DNA of 64,000 bases from the human T2T-CHM13v2.0 reference genome, Homo sapiens. Positions 41,645 through 57,129 of the stretch are shown piece by piece. How positions within the stretch are numbered: the stretch's first letter is position 1; every line of letters starts with the position of its first letter. The notes under the pieces were generated by a model. The model worked only from the letters and a program-made list of their open reading frames with translations, had not been told where the DNA came from and did not search any database. Position numbers and translations under genes: made by a program. The stretch is from assembly GCF_009914755.1 (NCBI RefSeq), contig NC_060933.1; one strand, written 5' to 3'.

Positions 41645-42020
41645 TAACAAGCAAGGGACAGAAATGTGACTAAAGTCAGTTTAAGCCAAAGAGGAAATAC
41701 ATTGATTCACATAACTGAGAAGTCCAGTGATAGTTATGAGTGGCTTCAGGAACAACTGCATCCAGGGCCTTGGTGATGTCACTAGGACTTCATCTTGCTC
41801 CTTCACTCCCTTGGAACAGCGGACATGTTTGCCAGCTAAGGCAGAAGACTCACAACGCATCGATTCAGTGATTCTGGTGCAGAGGAACTTTGTCAACAGT
41901 TGTTGACAAAGGAAAGAACTAATGGTAGACACTGATTACTTAGCTTGGTCACATGCCCATGTCCCAGTGAATCACTGTTGCTAATGAGATGGTGTCCTCT
42001 GATGATCAAGACTGGGTATT
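41645..42020 (-). mobile_element. MLT1K/L-type MaLR LTR
   Basis: GCAAGGGACAGAAA..TTTAAGCCAAAGAGGAA..TTCACATAACTGAGAAGTCCAG..GGCTTCAGG..TCCAGGG. Confidence 0.7.
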
Positions 42021-42873
42021 TCATAAATAAATTTAGAAAACATTTAACCTACAGGAAAATATTCAATTTATAAGTGAGATATAGCTGCTTTAAGGGAAGG
42101 AATTTTTACTTTTCTTAGTATACAGACTAATCAACAAAATTCAAGGGAGAGAAATGTGCCAGAGAAAGAGCCTTATGCTGGGGGTAACTTGGCTCTGCTC
42201 CTAACTAGCTGTATGACTTAGAGCAAATCCCTCTGCCTCTCTGAACCTTATGTTTTCATCTTTTATTGGGTTAAATGCTTGCTCAGGTCTACTCAAGTCA
42301 AAGTCCTACGAAATGACCAGCACATTCTGCTTATCTCTGCTTAGCCTGAAAAGGTAGGAGGCAAGTGGTCCCATTCATATAACAAACATCTGTTTGTCCC
42401 CACTGCAAAAAAAGGCAACATACAAAGCTCTGAAGGGGTCCCCAAGATAAAGAAGACGATGTCTGGTTGTGCTGATTGCTGGTACAGAGGAATTGTAAAG
42501 CCCCACAAGAGAGCCATTCACATGGAAAAGTTTCCTGTCCATGGTCATTTTCAGTAAAAATATAAAAGAATCTCTATTCATCTTCTCCCTTATTATTTCC
42601 TTTCTTCACAAACAATTGAAAGGCAAGAACAAGAAGCAGCATTTCCAGGAGTGAGTTGTTAGGCAAGGAAGAAAGAAGTATCTCTGTCTTCTTCCAACCT
42701 GCAGAGAGCATTGCTGTCTTCCCAGCAGGTATAGCAGGAAGCAGGCAAGTTAGCCGAGCACAGCTGGCCCCCCTTGCTTTGAAAAATCATTGCTGAAGTC
42801 ATCAGTTAAAGTGGACCAGGCAAATCGCAGGCCTGATTATTGCAGGTGTCAGTCTGGAAAAAATAAATCCTGG

Positions 42874-43165
42874 TCCCTTTCCTCCTCTTTTCTTCCTGTA
42901 CCCATTCTTCTTCTTTTCAAGTGTCTCCTTTAAGTACCTGCTTTGCCTTCTTGCTGTTTCCCTTCCCACTGTCCCTTCCTCTCTCGTTCTGCTTCTGCCT
43001 CTCGTTTTCTCCCTTCTTTCTTTCTCTCCCTCCTTTCTCCCCTCCCTCTTTCTCTTCTCTCAGTTTCCCTGAACTTTCCATTTTCAATCTTTCCCTTTTC
43101 TATTTCCTACACCTTAATTTCTTCGTTCTGCACTCACAATCCTTGTTTTCTCGCTCTATCCATCC
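42874..43165. repeat. Pyrimidine-rich low-complexity tract
   Basis: About 290 bp of C/T-dominated sequence. Confidence 0.8.
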
Positions 43166-44449
43166 CTTAAATATAATTCCTGCTATCTATTATGTCACTG
43201 CATTTCTTAAAGTGGTGCTTAACCTAAGACACTTATCACTGATGGCAATCAGTGAGTTAATATGGGAATTTGGTGGAAGGAATTTTCTTTAATCAATATC
43301 TTTTATATTTTCTAAGATATTTCCATTCCTTACAGTTTCACAAAGCCAAAACCTCTTTACTCTCCTTTACTTAAAAGGAGCCTCTCTCATGCTCAGTGGG
43401 TGTATATTACACTTTGTGAATGCAGACACTACATGTTGAATCTTATCAGGCAGGGGGAAGTCCAGGGGTTCCAAAACCAGAAAAAATTAATCTGATCTAC
43501 AATTACTACTTTAATGGTGGGTAATGGCACACAAATGTGTGCATGAATTTGCTATTTCCTTTGTGGAAAATCAGTTGGGGTAAATCTTCTTTATGGAATT
43601 TGCCCACAGAAAAGGAAAGCAATGATCCAAAGATCTTTTATGACAACTTCCATTCATTGGTAGACTCTGGTTTAGACATTGACAAGTAACTGTCACATAC
43701 ATTATCTTATGCAGTTCTCACAATTATCCTATCAATAGGTATATATATTTTTCCCATCTTATAAAAAAGAAAACTAAGAATTGATGAGTTTAGGAATCTG
43801 TTCAATGTCAGGCAATTAGGATATGGTAGAAGAAAAAGATAATCACTCATCTATACGGTCTTTATAATTGACTTTTAGCTTCGAATTAAAATGGAAAGAA
43901 AACTGCACTCTCAAATTGGACTGAATGACTGAATCAGAAAGAGGCTCTGGGTAGAGAGCCACGATTCAAATGACCCTGCCTGATGTTTAAGGCTGAAGTC
44001 ATGTGTTCTCAGGCTCTGGAGGGCAGCAGGCAGGGCCTGAGCTTTTGGGCTCATAGAATCTGGCTTCCAACCCAGATTCAACCACATACTAGCCATGAGA
44101 TCCTGAGCAAGTCAATTCTCTGTTCTTCCCCTACACAAAGGTTATACAATGTCATGCAGAGTATCTACGGGACCTTTTTAATTTGAATGCTCCTGGGGAC
44201 ATCAAAACATTTTGCAATCTTTTCAGTAGTTACTTGTGCTACTATACAAATATAGAGACTGAGGGGTTAAAAAATGTAGAGGATGTTCTCCCAGGAGTTA
44301 GTGATGGAATCAAGACTGAGATTCAGGTCTCTGGACCACTTGACCAGAGACCATTCCTCACTCCCCTATTCTGATAACTTAAAGGACAGTACCTGTGCAA
44401 TTTGGCAGAGCAAAAATGCATGTCCAGCATTGAGTCTCTCACTCTTTTC

Positions 44450-45685
44450 GCCCTTCCTGGTCGCCAATGACCTCATCTCTCCCAAGTCCGATGATTGTAT
44501 TCAGTTTTTCATCTTACAAAAACTCTATTGTATTTGATGCTGGATCAATCTCCCTTTTGAAACTCTTCACCTCAGCTTCTGTAACCCAGTACTTCCTTTG
44601 TTCTCCTCTTGCTTCTTGGACCCCTCCTTTCCTGCATTTGTCAGGGATCCAGTTCCTCTGCCTACCCCTTACACATCAGCTGCCTGAGTTTTGCTCTTGA
44701 TTTCTTGCTCATTTCTCCTGGCTGCCATCCTCCTGGCTGATTTTATCCATTTACACTGTGTCAACTCCCGATAACATCCTGATGAGCCCCCAACTTTAAA
44801 CCTCAATCTGCACTTTCTCCTGCACCCCAGAATTATATGCCAGATGCCTCAAACTCGGCATGTCCCAAAGTGGACTTACCTTATCCCCCATTCCCTGCCC
44901 CCATTCCTGGTTTTTCTCTTTCTTCTCTCTCACACCTGAAGGCACCGTTCTTTGTACTGTCACCCAAGCAGAACACAAATATATCCCTTGACACTGCCCA
45001 CTTCTTTTCCTGGACCCACATATCCAAACTATGTTCATTTTTAAACATGTGCTACTTGAATCCCTGTTTTGTCACCACACCTTCCGTGTCCCTAATCCAA
45101 GCCCTCTTACATAGTGGTTCATCTGCATCCTTGCATCAGCCTCCACAGCAGCCTCTATCATGAAAAGCACACCTTGGATTCTCCTCCTTCTAGCCCTTTA
45201 GTGGCCTCTGTTTGACTATAAGTCAATGTCTGAATTCCTTGGCATTGCTCACCCCACACTATCAAGGCTCTGCTCACCCCTTCACTCACACTACATCTAA
45301 CTCTCTGTTTTCCACTGTAATCTCCGGCAGCAACATGCTTTCACACCTCCAAGCTTTTGTTTTGTCTGCAAATATTCCCTACCAATCCTCATGCTCCTTA
45401 TCCCTGGAGATATGGGAGGTGCTTGTGAACCTCCCTCCACCACCTTCCCCCAGGCTTGGTTAGGTGCTCTTCCTCCACAGCTGTTTACCACCTTGGACAC
45501 AAGTCTATTGTTACCCTCTTTGCATTTTATTATAATTGTCTGTTCACACCCATCTCCTTCATTAGAGTGTAAACCCCCTGAAGGGAAAGACTGTGTCTTT
45601 ACAACTTGAATCTCTGGAGCTACAATAGTGCCAGGTACAGAATATCAATGATACATGCTCCGTATATATGTAAATGAATTGATTC
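44450..45685 (+). mobile_element. L2 LINE (long degraded fragment)
   Basis: CGCCAATGACCTC..., ACAATAGTGCCAGGTACAG..ATGCTC..TAAATGAAT terminus. Confidence 0.75.
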
Positions 45686-46876
45686 TGGCTCTTTTCTCAC
45701 TACTTGTGTGTGGTGTGGCCTCAAGCCAGTTGCCAAGCCTTAGTTTTCTCCTCTGTAAAATGAGGATAATGAATTGGATCACTTGAGATTGTATGAGGAC
45801 CAAATGAAATTAGAACAATAGTATACACGTTCATTTTTATTGGGACCCTACTGTGGACCAAGCATTGTCTTAAATGTTTTACAAGTATTTAAATCGTCAT
45901 AACAACCCTGTAAGGTAGATGTTTTATTATCATCCCAGTAGCATAGGAGAGGAGACTGAGGCCCAGAAAAATAAATCAGCTTGCCCACGGATACGATGCT
46001 AGTGACAGGTGGAGCTCAGGTAGTCTGCTATAATGCCCTGACTCCTAACCAATGGTTCTTATTGTCTCAGACACCTGTGTGTAGTATTTATAAAAGTGCC
46101 TGGCACATAATAGCAGTAAATAAACAAATGAATTGGTTTTGTTCATTGCCACCTTGATGGACTGGCTTTAGCCACTTCTACTTTCTTTTCTACCTGACAG
46201 CACTCAGCAGATAATCTGCCTCCTGTAATACCCCAGGTTCCCTAGAAAATAGAGCCTACATCAAAGGTCAGATGCCTAAGTTAGGGGGAAAAAAGGAAGT
46301 AAGCAAAAAAAGAGAAACAGCAAATTCAAGATGTTGTATGGTTGGTGACAACTTCTCAAGAAAACGTAGGCAAATGCTCAGTCATGTTGTGACAGCTCCC
46401 ATCAGAGTGCACACTATGGAGGCCATGTCAGGGTAGATGAAGGAGAGGGTGTCAGCAGGTGAGGAGACAGAGGTGACAGAAAGGGCTCACCACTGAGCAA
46501 GCAGATACAGGTAGACCAAGCTCATCTGGAGCAACATTGAAATTGAGTCTAATGCCCCGCCCTACGGATCCTGTACCTAAGAGTTCATACAACGTAACAC
46601 TGTGTTTTACCTCCAGTGTGGAGCCAATTACTCTTTCCATGTTCAGTTTTTTCACTAGTAGCATGGAGTAAGAGAGCTTATCTTACTCCATGATAACATT
46701 GAGTATTTGCTGTTGACACATGGCCTGCAATTGCTAGAAGTTCCTTCCTTTGTCCACACAAGACCCGCACGTGGACTCAGATACACGGACCTTAGCTGAC
46801 TGAGTCAACAACTGAAGAACTCTTCCTTGGAAACAGCACAACCCAACAACATTGGCCTGGAGACTGAATCTTTTTT

Positions 46877-47587
<711 letters not shown>

Positions 47588-48688
47588 TGATTATCATTTT
47601 GAATGACATGGGCTAAGAACCCTGCTAAGGATGTTTTAAAGCCATTATCCTATTTTATTATGATGATGACCCTGCAAAGGAAGCATTATTCTCCCCATTC
47701 TATAAACGAGAAAAACTGAGGCTTAGAGAGGTGAAGGAACTCCCTGCAGTTCAAGGAGATAATCAGTGAGTCCCAGGGAGAGTCTGTTCTTTCATTCTTC
47801 TCCCCTGGCTCAAAGGCAGCTCTATTTAATAATTCAGCTTAGGATACCACCATTGTAACCCTTCTTTAACCCAAGTGTGTTCTTGCCCTTATTTCAGTCC
47901 AGCAACTTGGGATTCAGAGAGGTTAACTGAGTCGCAGAAGATCATGCAGCAAACCCGTGCCAGTTTAACCACCACCCGGCCACCTAACATCCATGATACT
48001 ATTTTGATTTTCTGGAACTAAAGAGAAAGTAGAAAGAGATTGAAATCAAGCCTTGGTCATTTTTAATTTATCATCTTTGTCTGAGAATTTTTACTTAATA
48101 TTGAAATAGCATTTTCCCTCTTCCCTTCACCTAGAACTGCAAAGCAAGAGCAAGGGAATGGGAGAAAATCTATAAAAACAAGATCCTTGCTAGTTTATGG
48201 TAATTAAAAGCAATAAATATTCTTGCCCACAATGCTAAAAATCTCAAATAGCCAGTGGGTCAATACTGTTTCCCTGGTTAGGGTGGTAATAAATCTCTAT
48301 TCTTTTCGAGTCAAAATAAGGACGGGGTTTTATTCATGAATTCTGTGACCTGGTACTGCGACATTTTCAAAACAAACACGCCTGGAATGAAGAGTTTCTC
48401 CACAAGTGTGTGTATGTGCCCTCTTCCAACCTGTTTCCTCCACCCACAAAGTGTCTGTGCTGGTGTGGTCTTCTTATTGATGCAACAGCAGTATTTTTCT
48501 CCTGAACCATAATGGCAAAATGACACGAGGCCTCCACTCTTCCTTCTCACCATCACTGTAGCCCAGCACATTTTCTATTCTGGTGGAAAACAGAACGATT
48601 TAACAGTGTACTTCTCAAGCTCATCATCTTTCTCAAAGGCTGTTGCTTGACACAAAAGACATTGTTATTACTCATTAAGTCAGTTTTT

Positions 48689-48955
<267 letters not shown>

Positions 48956-50742
48956 TTATTAATATCTTTTTGAAAATGGCTGTTTTCCCAAGCTCGAATG
49001 GAGCATTGGCTTCATGTTTATCTGTGATCAACACTGCTCATTTAGGAAGATGGATTCTTTCTGGTCTCCTTGTGAGTAGGGGCATAGAGTCAGACTTCCA
49101 CACAAACCCAGGGAAAGGTGGAGCTCATGTGCTGAGACTTTCCTTCCTGTTGGGGGCTCATTCAAGGGAAGCTGTGTGACCTTCAGGAAATCTTTCATTC
49201 TCTGAGCCTAAATTTTCTTATCTACAAATGAATGGGGTTTTGTGTACTTTTTAAAGTTCCTTCACATTCATTCTGCTATGATCCTATGAAACATGTGCCC
49301 TCTGTTTCAACTCCTGCTTGGTAATCAGTCCCGGGAGGAGAGTGGAGATTTGATAAAAGTAGCAGTTTCCCTCAAGTGGAGCTGCTCTGATAAACCTACT
49401 TTCCTCCCTTTAGCAAGAAGCATAGATCTGCCTCTGCCTCCTTAGAATTGATTGTATATATAAAGTTTATGCTAAGTTCAAGTTGCCTCAAAAACATCAC
49501 TCCTGTTGGGGTGACTCGGGGGTGACTTTAACATTTAGCTAACACAGCACAATGTGTATCAGGCTAGCTTAAGGATAAACGCATGAATGTTCATAAGACA
49601 CGCACAAAAACAGCAACATTCCAAAAGGCTTCTGATCCAATTTACGCCTATGCAACAATGCAAGTTTTATTTTCTATGGGGGAGAAACACCTTGGAGAAT
49701 AGGTTTGCTGAATAAGATAGACTTTTTTCATGCCTATTTATTGAATCTCAGGTAAGCTGTGGGATGCTTTATGCTAAAGAGGACTCAGGTAAATAGTGAG
49801 GAATGTCAAGAGCAACTGCGTATCTGTGAATAACACTATAGAAAAATTGCTGGCTAAAATGAAGACTATCTAGCAAACCTCGTGGCTTGTATGTCACCAT
49901 TTTCCCAATTCATTATTCAGTGCCACGCTTGTAAATTTGTACCACTTTGCATTAATTTTTTGAGAAACCTAGACAGGTTGAGAAGGAGAAGGAGGGTGCA
50001 TTGGGTTAGGAAGTCAGGAACAATGGCAGGTCTTAACAATGGATAGAGGGGCATGTTGAAACTCAGAAGCAATACAAGGTCCCTGCACTGGTTGCAAGGA
50101 AAAAACTGCACCTGGGTCAGATAATTCAGTATCAGTGGCCAAAATTCACATTGGATCACAGGGCTTGTGGGCAATGATGTGACTCGGCACCTGTACGTAG
50201 ATCTTGGCCAGAGATCTGACTACTTGAAACAAATCCTCAGTGTTTCTATTTATGGAACATGAGTGAGAAGAAACAGGTGATGGAAAGATGGATGGGAGAA
50301 GGGAGCACAATGGCACAATTCCATTTCACCTTGCTTTTGGTTCTGTAATCCCATTGTGATAGGAAGGATTCCCAATTTGCCATCTGGCCTCAGTTACTAA
50401 GAGAACTTACTTTATTATAAAGGTCAAGAAAGACATACATGGCTGTATATATTTTTTAAAGGTTCTGTTCAGTTTCTACTTGGGCTTGTAAGACAAGAAA
50501 CTAGCATTTAAAGAGATTACAGTACATCTAAAGCACATAGGTGGCTAGTTTTCTAGCATTATTTCAATAAAACTTTATAACATCCCTTAAGAAATGTATT
50601 ATTAGGGCACTTGACTCCAATCCTGTGACTTTCTAAATACACTCTGCATGCTCTGTGCCCTGAGCTCTGTTGAGGTGGTGGTAAGATTTAAAGTGAGACC
50701 CTGCCTCTGGACTGGGAAAAGTAAGATCAGAACTATCAAGGA

Positions 50743-51013
50743 CTATAATCTCAGCACATTGGGAGGTCGAGGCAGGTGGATCATCTGAGGTCAAGAGTTT
50801 GAGTCCAGCCTGGCCAACATGGTGAAATCCCATCTCTACTAAAAATACATAAATTTGCTGGCCATGGTGGTGCACACCTGTAATCCCAGCTACTCGGGAG
50901 GCTGAGGCAGGAGAATCCCTTGAACCTGGGAGACGGAGGTTGCAGTGAGCCTAAATCACACCATTGCACTCCAGCCTGAGGAACAAGAATGAAACTCCAT
51001 CTCAGTAAAAAAG
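50743..51013 (+). mobile_element. AluSq-like, 5'-truncated
   Basis: Starts at CTATAATCTCAGCAC; AACAAGAATGAAACTCC; TSD core ATCAAGGACT at 50735-50744 and 51016-51025. Confidence 0.9.
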
Positions 51014-51220
51014 AGATCAAGGACTGAAAGACGAGACGAAGAGGAACCAAAGGTGAGGAATAATAATTGCTGTAGACTCTGAAGGCTAAGAGGAGCTTGG
51101 ATTTTTGCTCCCTCATTAGTATCCTATTCTGAGGGATAGAATGAAATTCCTCTATCACATCCGTTCTGTAAGTATTGTGTTCTTAATGACTTCAGGAAAG
51201 ATTTCACTCAACATTCAAGG

Positions 51221-51700
51221 TGTAACAGATGCTGTTGGTGCCCTGTTCATACCATTCTAGACCTTATCACCTGAGTGCACACTTCTCAGCTTCCAAACAC
51301 TAGCATCATTTTCTCTTTGCTAAAGGCTTTCTCTGGCCACAAATGACCACTACAGCAGTGCACATCGCAGACCAAATGTGCCGGAAATCAACCCCTGCTT
51401 CCAGCCCAGGAACATCACTCGACCAAGGGCCAACAGAAGTCAATGTAAATACTCCAGCTTACTTCTGTCCCAAATGGGATAACTTTGAATCCATGCCATA
51501 CACAGGCTCCCAAATTTGCTCATCTGTATTAAGCTCAAGTTTCCAACAGTAGTAACTTACTTGATAATCACCCTTTAGTAGCTGCTTTCCCTTCCTTGTG
51601 TCATCCCCCACTGCTTTGCTAGTGCTTCCTGGAATCACCTCCCCAATAAACCACTTGCACTGTCTCAAAGTCTGCTTCTGGGAGAGCCCACACTAGGGCA
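51221..51700 (+). mobile_element. LTR16-type ERVL solo LTR
   Basis: TGTAACAGATGCTGTTGGTGCCC start; CACCTCCCCAATAAACCACTTGCAC..TCTCAAAGTCTGCTTCTGGGAGAGCCCACACTAGGGCA end. Confidence 0.8.
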
Positions 51701-51987
51701 CCAGGAAAGTCTGTGAGTGTTGCTCAATAGAGAGTGAAAGCAAAAAATAATAATAATAATAATAGTAACACTCCTGGGGAACTGGCTGCCCAAGGAGGTG
51801 CCAGGAGAATGACTCCCAAACCTAGATGATCATCAGAGCCACCTAGGATGCTGTTATTTAAAAAAAAAAAAAAATACACATTCTCAGCCCTTACCTCAGA
51901 AAATGTTTCAGTTGGATATGGCTAGAGCCTGAGAGCTAAATAAAGAGCTCTCCGAGTGACTCTAATGCTCAGTCTACTTGGGGAGTG

Positions 51988-52502
51988 TTTGAGGCAGAAT
52001 AATGATTTTTCAATAGATAACACAACCTAATCCCTGGAACCTGTGAATATGTTACCTTGAATGGGAAAGGGACATTAAGGTAGTATATGGAATTAGGCTT
52101 CCTAATCAACAGACCATAAAATAAAGAGAATAGCCTGGCCTATCCAGATGAGCCCAGCGAAGTCACATTTAAGGATCATTAAATGTACAGGAGGGAGGCA
52201 GAAAAGCCAGACCCAAAGAGATACAAGCATGAGAAAGACTTGGCCAAATGTCACTGCCTTTGGAGACAGAAGAAGGGGACCATGAGCCAAAGAATTCAGG
52301 CAGCCTCTAGAAGCTGTAAAGGGCAAGGACATGGATTCTCACCTAGAGCCTGGACCACAGAAACATGGCCTTTTTAGTACCTTAATTGTAGATCACTGAG
52401 ACCCACTTCAGAATTTTAACCTCCAGAACGGTAATCATAATAACTCATGTCACTTGAATCCACTAAATTTGTGATAATTTGTTACAATAAGAAACTCATA
52501 CA
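51988..52502 (+). mobile_element. MLT1D/E-type MaLR solo LTR
   Basis: GGCAGAATAATG..CCTAATCCCTGGAACCTGTGAATATGTTACCTT...CCACTAAATTTGTGATAATTTGTTACA..GAAACTCATACA. Confidence 0.85.
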
Positions 52503-52521
52503 AGAAGTAATTATCCCAGGG

Positions 52522-52685
52522 CAGTACTTCTCAAATTTTAATGTACATATGAATTGTCTGGGAATTTTGTAAACTATAGAATCAGCGATAGTAAGTCTAG
52601 GGTGAGACTTGTGATTCTCATTTCTAACAAGCTCACAGATGATGCAGATGTTGCTGGTCTGCAGAACACACAAGGAGGAGCAAGG
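52522..52685. mobile_element. MER5A/B hAT MITE
   Basis: CAGTACTTCTCAAATTTTAATGTACAT...TTTCTAACAAGCTCACAGATGATGCAGATGTTGCTGGTC. Confidence 0.8.
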
Positions 52686-52691
52686 GCAGAG

Positions 52692-52910
52692 CAGGATTTC
52701 TCGACTTCTGCACTATTGACATTTTAACCCAGATCACTCTTTGTTGTCGAGATTGTCCTACGCATTGTAATATGTTTAGCAGCATCTGTAGCCTCCACCT
52801 ATTAAATGCCAATAGCACCATTACTTTAGTTGTGACAACCAAAAATGTCTCCAGACATTGCCAAAGTCCCCTGGGGTGGGGGCAAAAGTAAGAGTGGCTG
52901 AGAACCACTG
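52692..52910 (-). mobile_element. MER20 hAT-Charlie MITE
   Basis: GCACTATTGACATTTT...GTTGTGACAACCAAAAATGTCTCCAGACATTGCCAAA..GAGAACCACTG. Confidence 0.9.
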
Positions 52911-54667
52911 TTCTAGAAAACCAAACCATCAACCATGAATAAGGAATTGGATAGAGATCAGGGCAGTAGAGCTAAGTTAGAAAATCCACATGAAAAACTA
53001 TGTGTTGTATTTGTGTTTGCTTTTGTTTTACATATTTTAGGATATAGACATCTGTCAAGAAGAGCAACAATTTTTGCTCCAAAAACAAAAATGAAAATTG
53101 ACAATTTAGAATTAATGGATGAGTTCCTCAAAAACCATAAACCAGCAAAACTAAACCAAGATGAAAGAGATAATTCGATTCATCCTATAATCATTAAAGA
53201 AATTTAATTTATATTTTAAAAGAACCCCAAGAGAAATATTCATGCCTAGATGGTTTCACTTTAGAATCATTCCAAAAATTTTAAAAAGAATTAACATCAA
53301 CTTTACTTAATATTTGACAGAAAATAGCAGAGGAAAAGCATTTTAAGAGGCTAGTATTACTCTGGTAACAAAACCAAACAAAGATTGTACAAGAAAAGAA
53401 AACTACAAGACCAATATCTCTCATAAGCTTATACACAAAATCCACAAATTCTTAGCAAATTATACCTGGAAATGTATGAAAGAAATTATAAAGCATGACC
53501 AAGTGGGATTTATTCCATATAAGCAAGATTGGACCCAAACTCAAAAATCAATCAGTATAACCCATCATACTGACAGGCTAAAGAAGAAATATCATATGAG
53601 CATATCAATTGATGCAGAAAAAGCATTTGGCAAAATCCATGACTCATTCCTGACTAAAAAAAAAAAAAATCCCAGAAAAACAGGCATATGGGGGAATGCT
53701 CTCAACTTCATAAAGAAACATCTACAAAATCCTATAGAAATCATAAATAATGGTGAAATATTGAATGCTTTGCCTCTAAGATGGGAAGAAGAAAATGTCA
53801 ACTTCCACAAAGCTTATTCAAACAGAACTGAAAGTTCTAACCAGTGCAATAAGGCAAGAAAAAAAAATCAAAGGCATATAAATTAGAAATAAATAAATAA
53901 AATTATTCCTATTTGTAAATGACATGACTGTACATAGAAAATCCTAAGGATTCCACAAAAACTTGAGGTAATAAGTGAGTTCAGTAAAATCACAGGAGAT
54001 AAGATCAACACACAAAATCATTCATATTTTCATATATAAACAATGAACATATGAATACAAATTAAGAATACAATACTATTTACAATTTCTCCAAAGAAAA
54101 TAAATTAAGTATAAATCTAATAAAACATGTACAGAATCTATATGCTTAAAATTACAAAATGCTGCTGAAAGAAATCAAGGAAGACCTAAATAAATAAAGA
54201 TGTACTGTGTTCTTTTGAAAAACTCGGCATAGTAATATGTTAATTTTCCCCAAATTGATATGCAGATTTAAGGCAATTCCTATCAAGATCTCAGCAAGCC
54301 TTTTTGTAGATATAAACAAGCTTATCCTAAAATTTACATGGAAAGGCACAGAACCTAGAATAACTAAAACATTCTTAACAAAGAATAAAGTGAGATATCA
54401 TTCCATTCAATGTTAAGACTTACTAGCTACAGTAATTGAGACAGTGTGGAGTGTGGTATTGGTGGAGGAAGACACATTAATAAAACAGAACAGAGAACTC
54501 ACAAATAAACCTACCCAAATATATCCAACAGATTTTTTACAAGGTGCAAAAACAATTTAATGGAGTATGAATAGGCTTTTCAACAAATAGTGTTACAGTC
54601 ATTGGATATCCACGGGAGGGGGGTAGGGGGGATAAACCTTATACAGAAATTAACCCAAAATGGATCA

Positions 54668-54900
<233 letters not shown>

Positions 54901-55611
54901 ACTATAAAATTTTCATAAATAAATAAGAAAAAAAATCTTTGTGAACTAAGGCTAGGCAAGCAGTACTTAGACTAGATTAAAAAAAAAAGCTTGATACAGA
55001 TAAAGGAAACATTGATAAGCTGGATCTTAATTTTTTTTTAATTTGCTCTGTAAAAGACTGGGAGAAAATATTTGCAAATCATGCACTGACAAAGGATTTG
55101 TATCTAGAACGTATAAAGAACTCTTACAACAAGATAGTTAAGACAAAACAAGACACATTCAATTACAAAATTGGCAAGGGACATAGACTGTTTAGTGAAA
55201 TGTCTATGAAAAGCACACGAAAAGACATTTAGTATCATTAACTATTAAGGAAATGTAAAGTAAATCCACGATGAGATAACCCTACACACTTAAAAGAAGG
55301 ACTGTAATAAAAAATAGTGATTACATAAAATTCTGGCAAGGATGTGAAGAAACCAGATCACTCGTACTTTGCTGCTTGGGATGAAAACTGTACAGCCACT
55401 TTGGAAACGAGTATGGTACCTTCCTATAAAATTAATCACACACTTACCATGCAACTCAGCGATTGAACTAAAACATTTATCTCAAAGGAAGGAAAACTTA
55501 TATTTACATAAAAACCTGTGCATGAATGTTCATAGCAGCTTTACTCATAATAGACCAAGCCCTGGAAACAACCCAAATGTCCTTTTAATAAGTCCTTTAA
55601 GCAAATTGTGC

Positions 55612-55752
55612 ACTGGGCGCGGTGGCTCACACCTATAATCCTAGCACTTTAGAAGGCGAGGTGGGTGGATTGCTTGAGACCAGGAGTTCCAGACCAGCCT
55701 AGGCAACATGGCAAAACCCCGTCTCTACAAAAATATACAAAAAAAAAAAAAA
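55612..55752 (+). mobile_element. FLAM_C / AluJ left monomer
   Basis: CTGGGCGCGGTGGCTCAC...GGATTGCTTGAG..GCAACATGGCAAAACCCCGTCTCTAC plus A-tail; no right arm. Confidence 0.85.
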
Positions 55753-55882
55753 TTTATAGTACAGCCATACCATAGAATACTACTTAGCAATGAAAAGGAA
55801 CAAACAATTTGAATGGATATCAAGGGAGTTATGCTGAGAAAAAAAAAACCCCTCTAAATTACATACTTTATGGTTCCATTCA

Positions 55883-56367
<485 letters not shown>

Positions 56368-57129
56368 TCACTGGTGACAGCAGAATTTGGGCTTCAGAAA
56401 AAGATAGAATTCTGTGGGGCAAATGGGACAACGGGGCATGCATTAGGAGGCAACAGATGGCCTGCACGGAGAGCAAAGGAAGGTCATACAACCAGACGTG
56501 TGAACCTCAAAGGTCGGAGAGGGCCCTGCAGATCAAAACAGAATCCAGTCCTGTCTCTCACGTTATAAAAGCCAGGCCATGTTCAATTAAATAAGAGCAT
56601 TGTTTCCCAAATGGCAAGAACCTCTACTCTATCATCAAGTTATTTGCCCTATCTATATTCTACCTGTACTATTATAGATTCAGTGTCTTTGTCTAAATTG
56701 ATTCAGTTCTAACATAATAAATATTAGCATAAAATAAGAATTCTGTCTGTGTACTACCTAACACTGTCTGGCACCCCATCAGTTACACATAACACACGTT
56801 GTAAAAGAGAGAGAGAAAGGGCGTTCTGGGCACAGGAAACTGTCTGAGCCAGAGCACAAACCCATGAAGGAGCATGATGTATTCAGAGCCAGGAGTGACT
56901 GGAATGGAGGGTGCACGCAGGAGGGGAGGGGGGCAGATGGGGTGAGTGATGGGGCTGGAAAAGGAAGCGGATTGTGAAGGAAGGGATTGGGATAATCAAA
57001 GTCCACTCCGCTCTTTGCATTATCTCTCGCTCAGGCAGGACTGGGCAAGTGTCCTGGGGACTACATGTTCTCATTCTCTCCCTCAGCTGCAGAAGTGTGG
57101 GCAGTCATGTGTGGCTGTGTTAACACTAC

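Noticed and set aside
42921-43292. 123-aa F/L/S/P-rich ORF resembling a membrane protein
   Set aside because: Product of a polypyrimidine low-complexity tract.
50020-50200. Possible additional CR1/L3 fragments (KVLH-like motif here; also ~8900-8950 and ~26640-26790)
   Set aside because: Similarity too short and degenerate to list confidently without a Dfam search.
53476-53886. Reverse-transcriptase-like ORF
   Set aside because: Degraded L1M ORF2 with frameshifts and stops; neither an intact RT nor a novel RT system.
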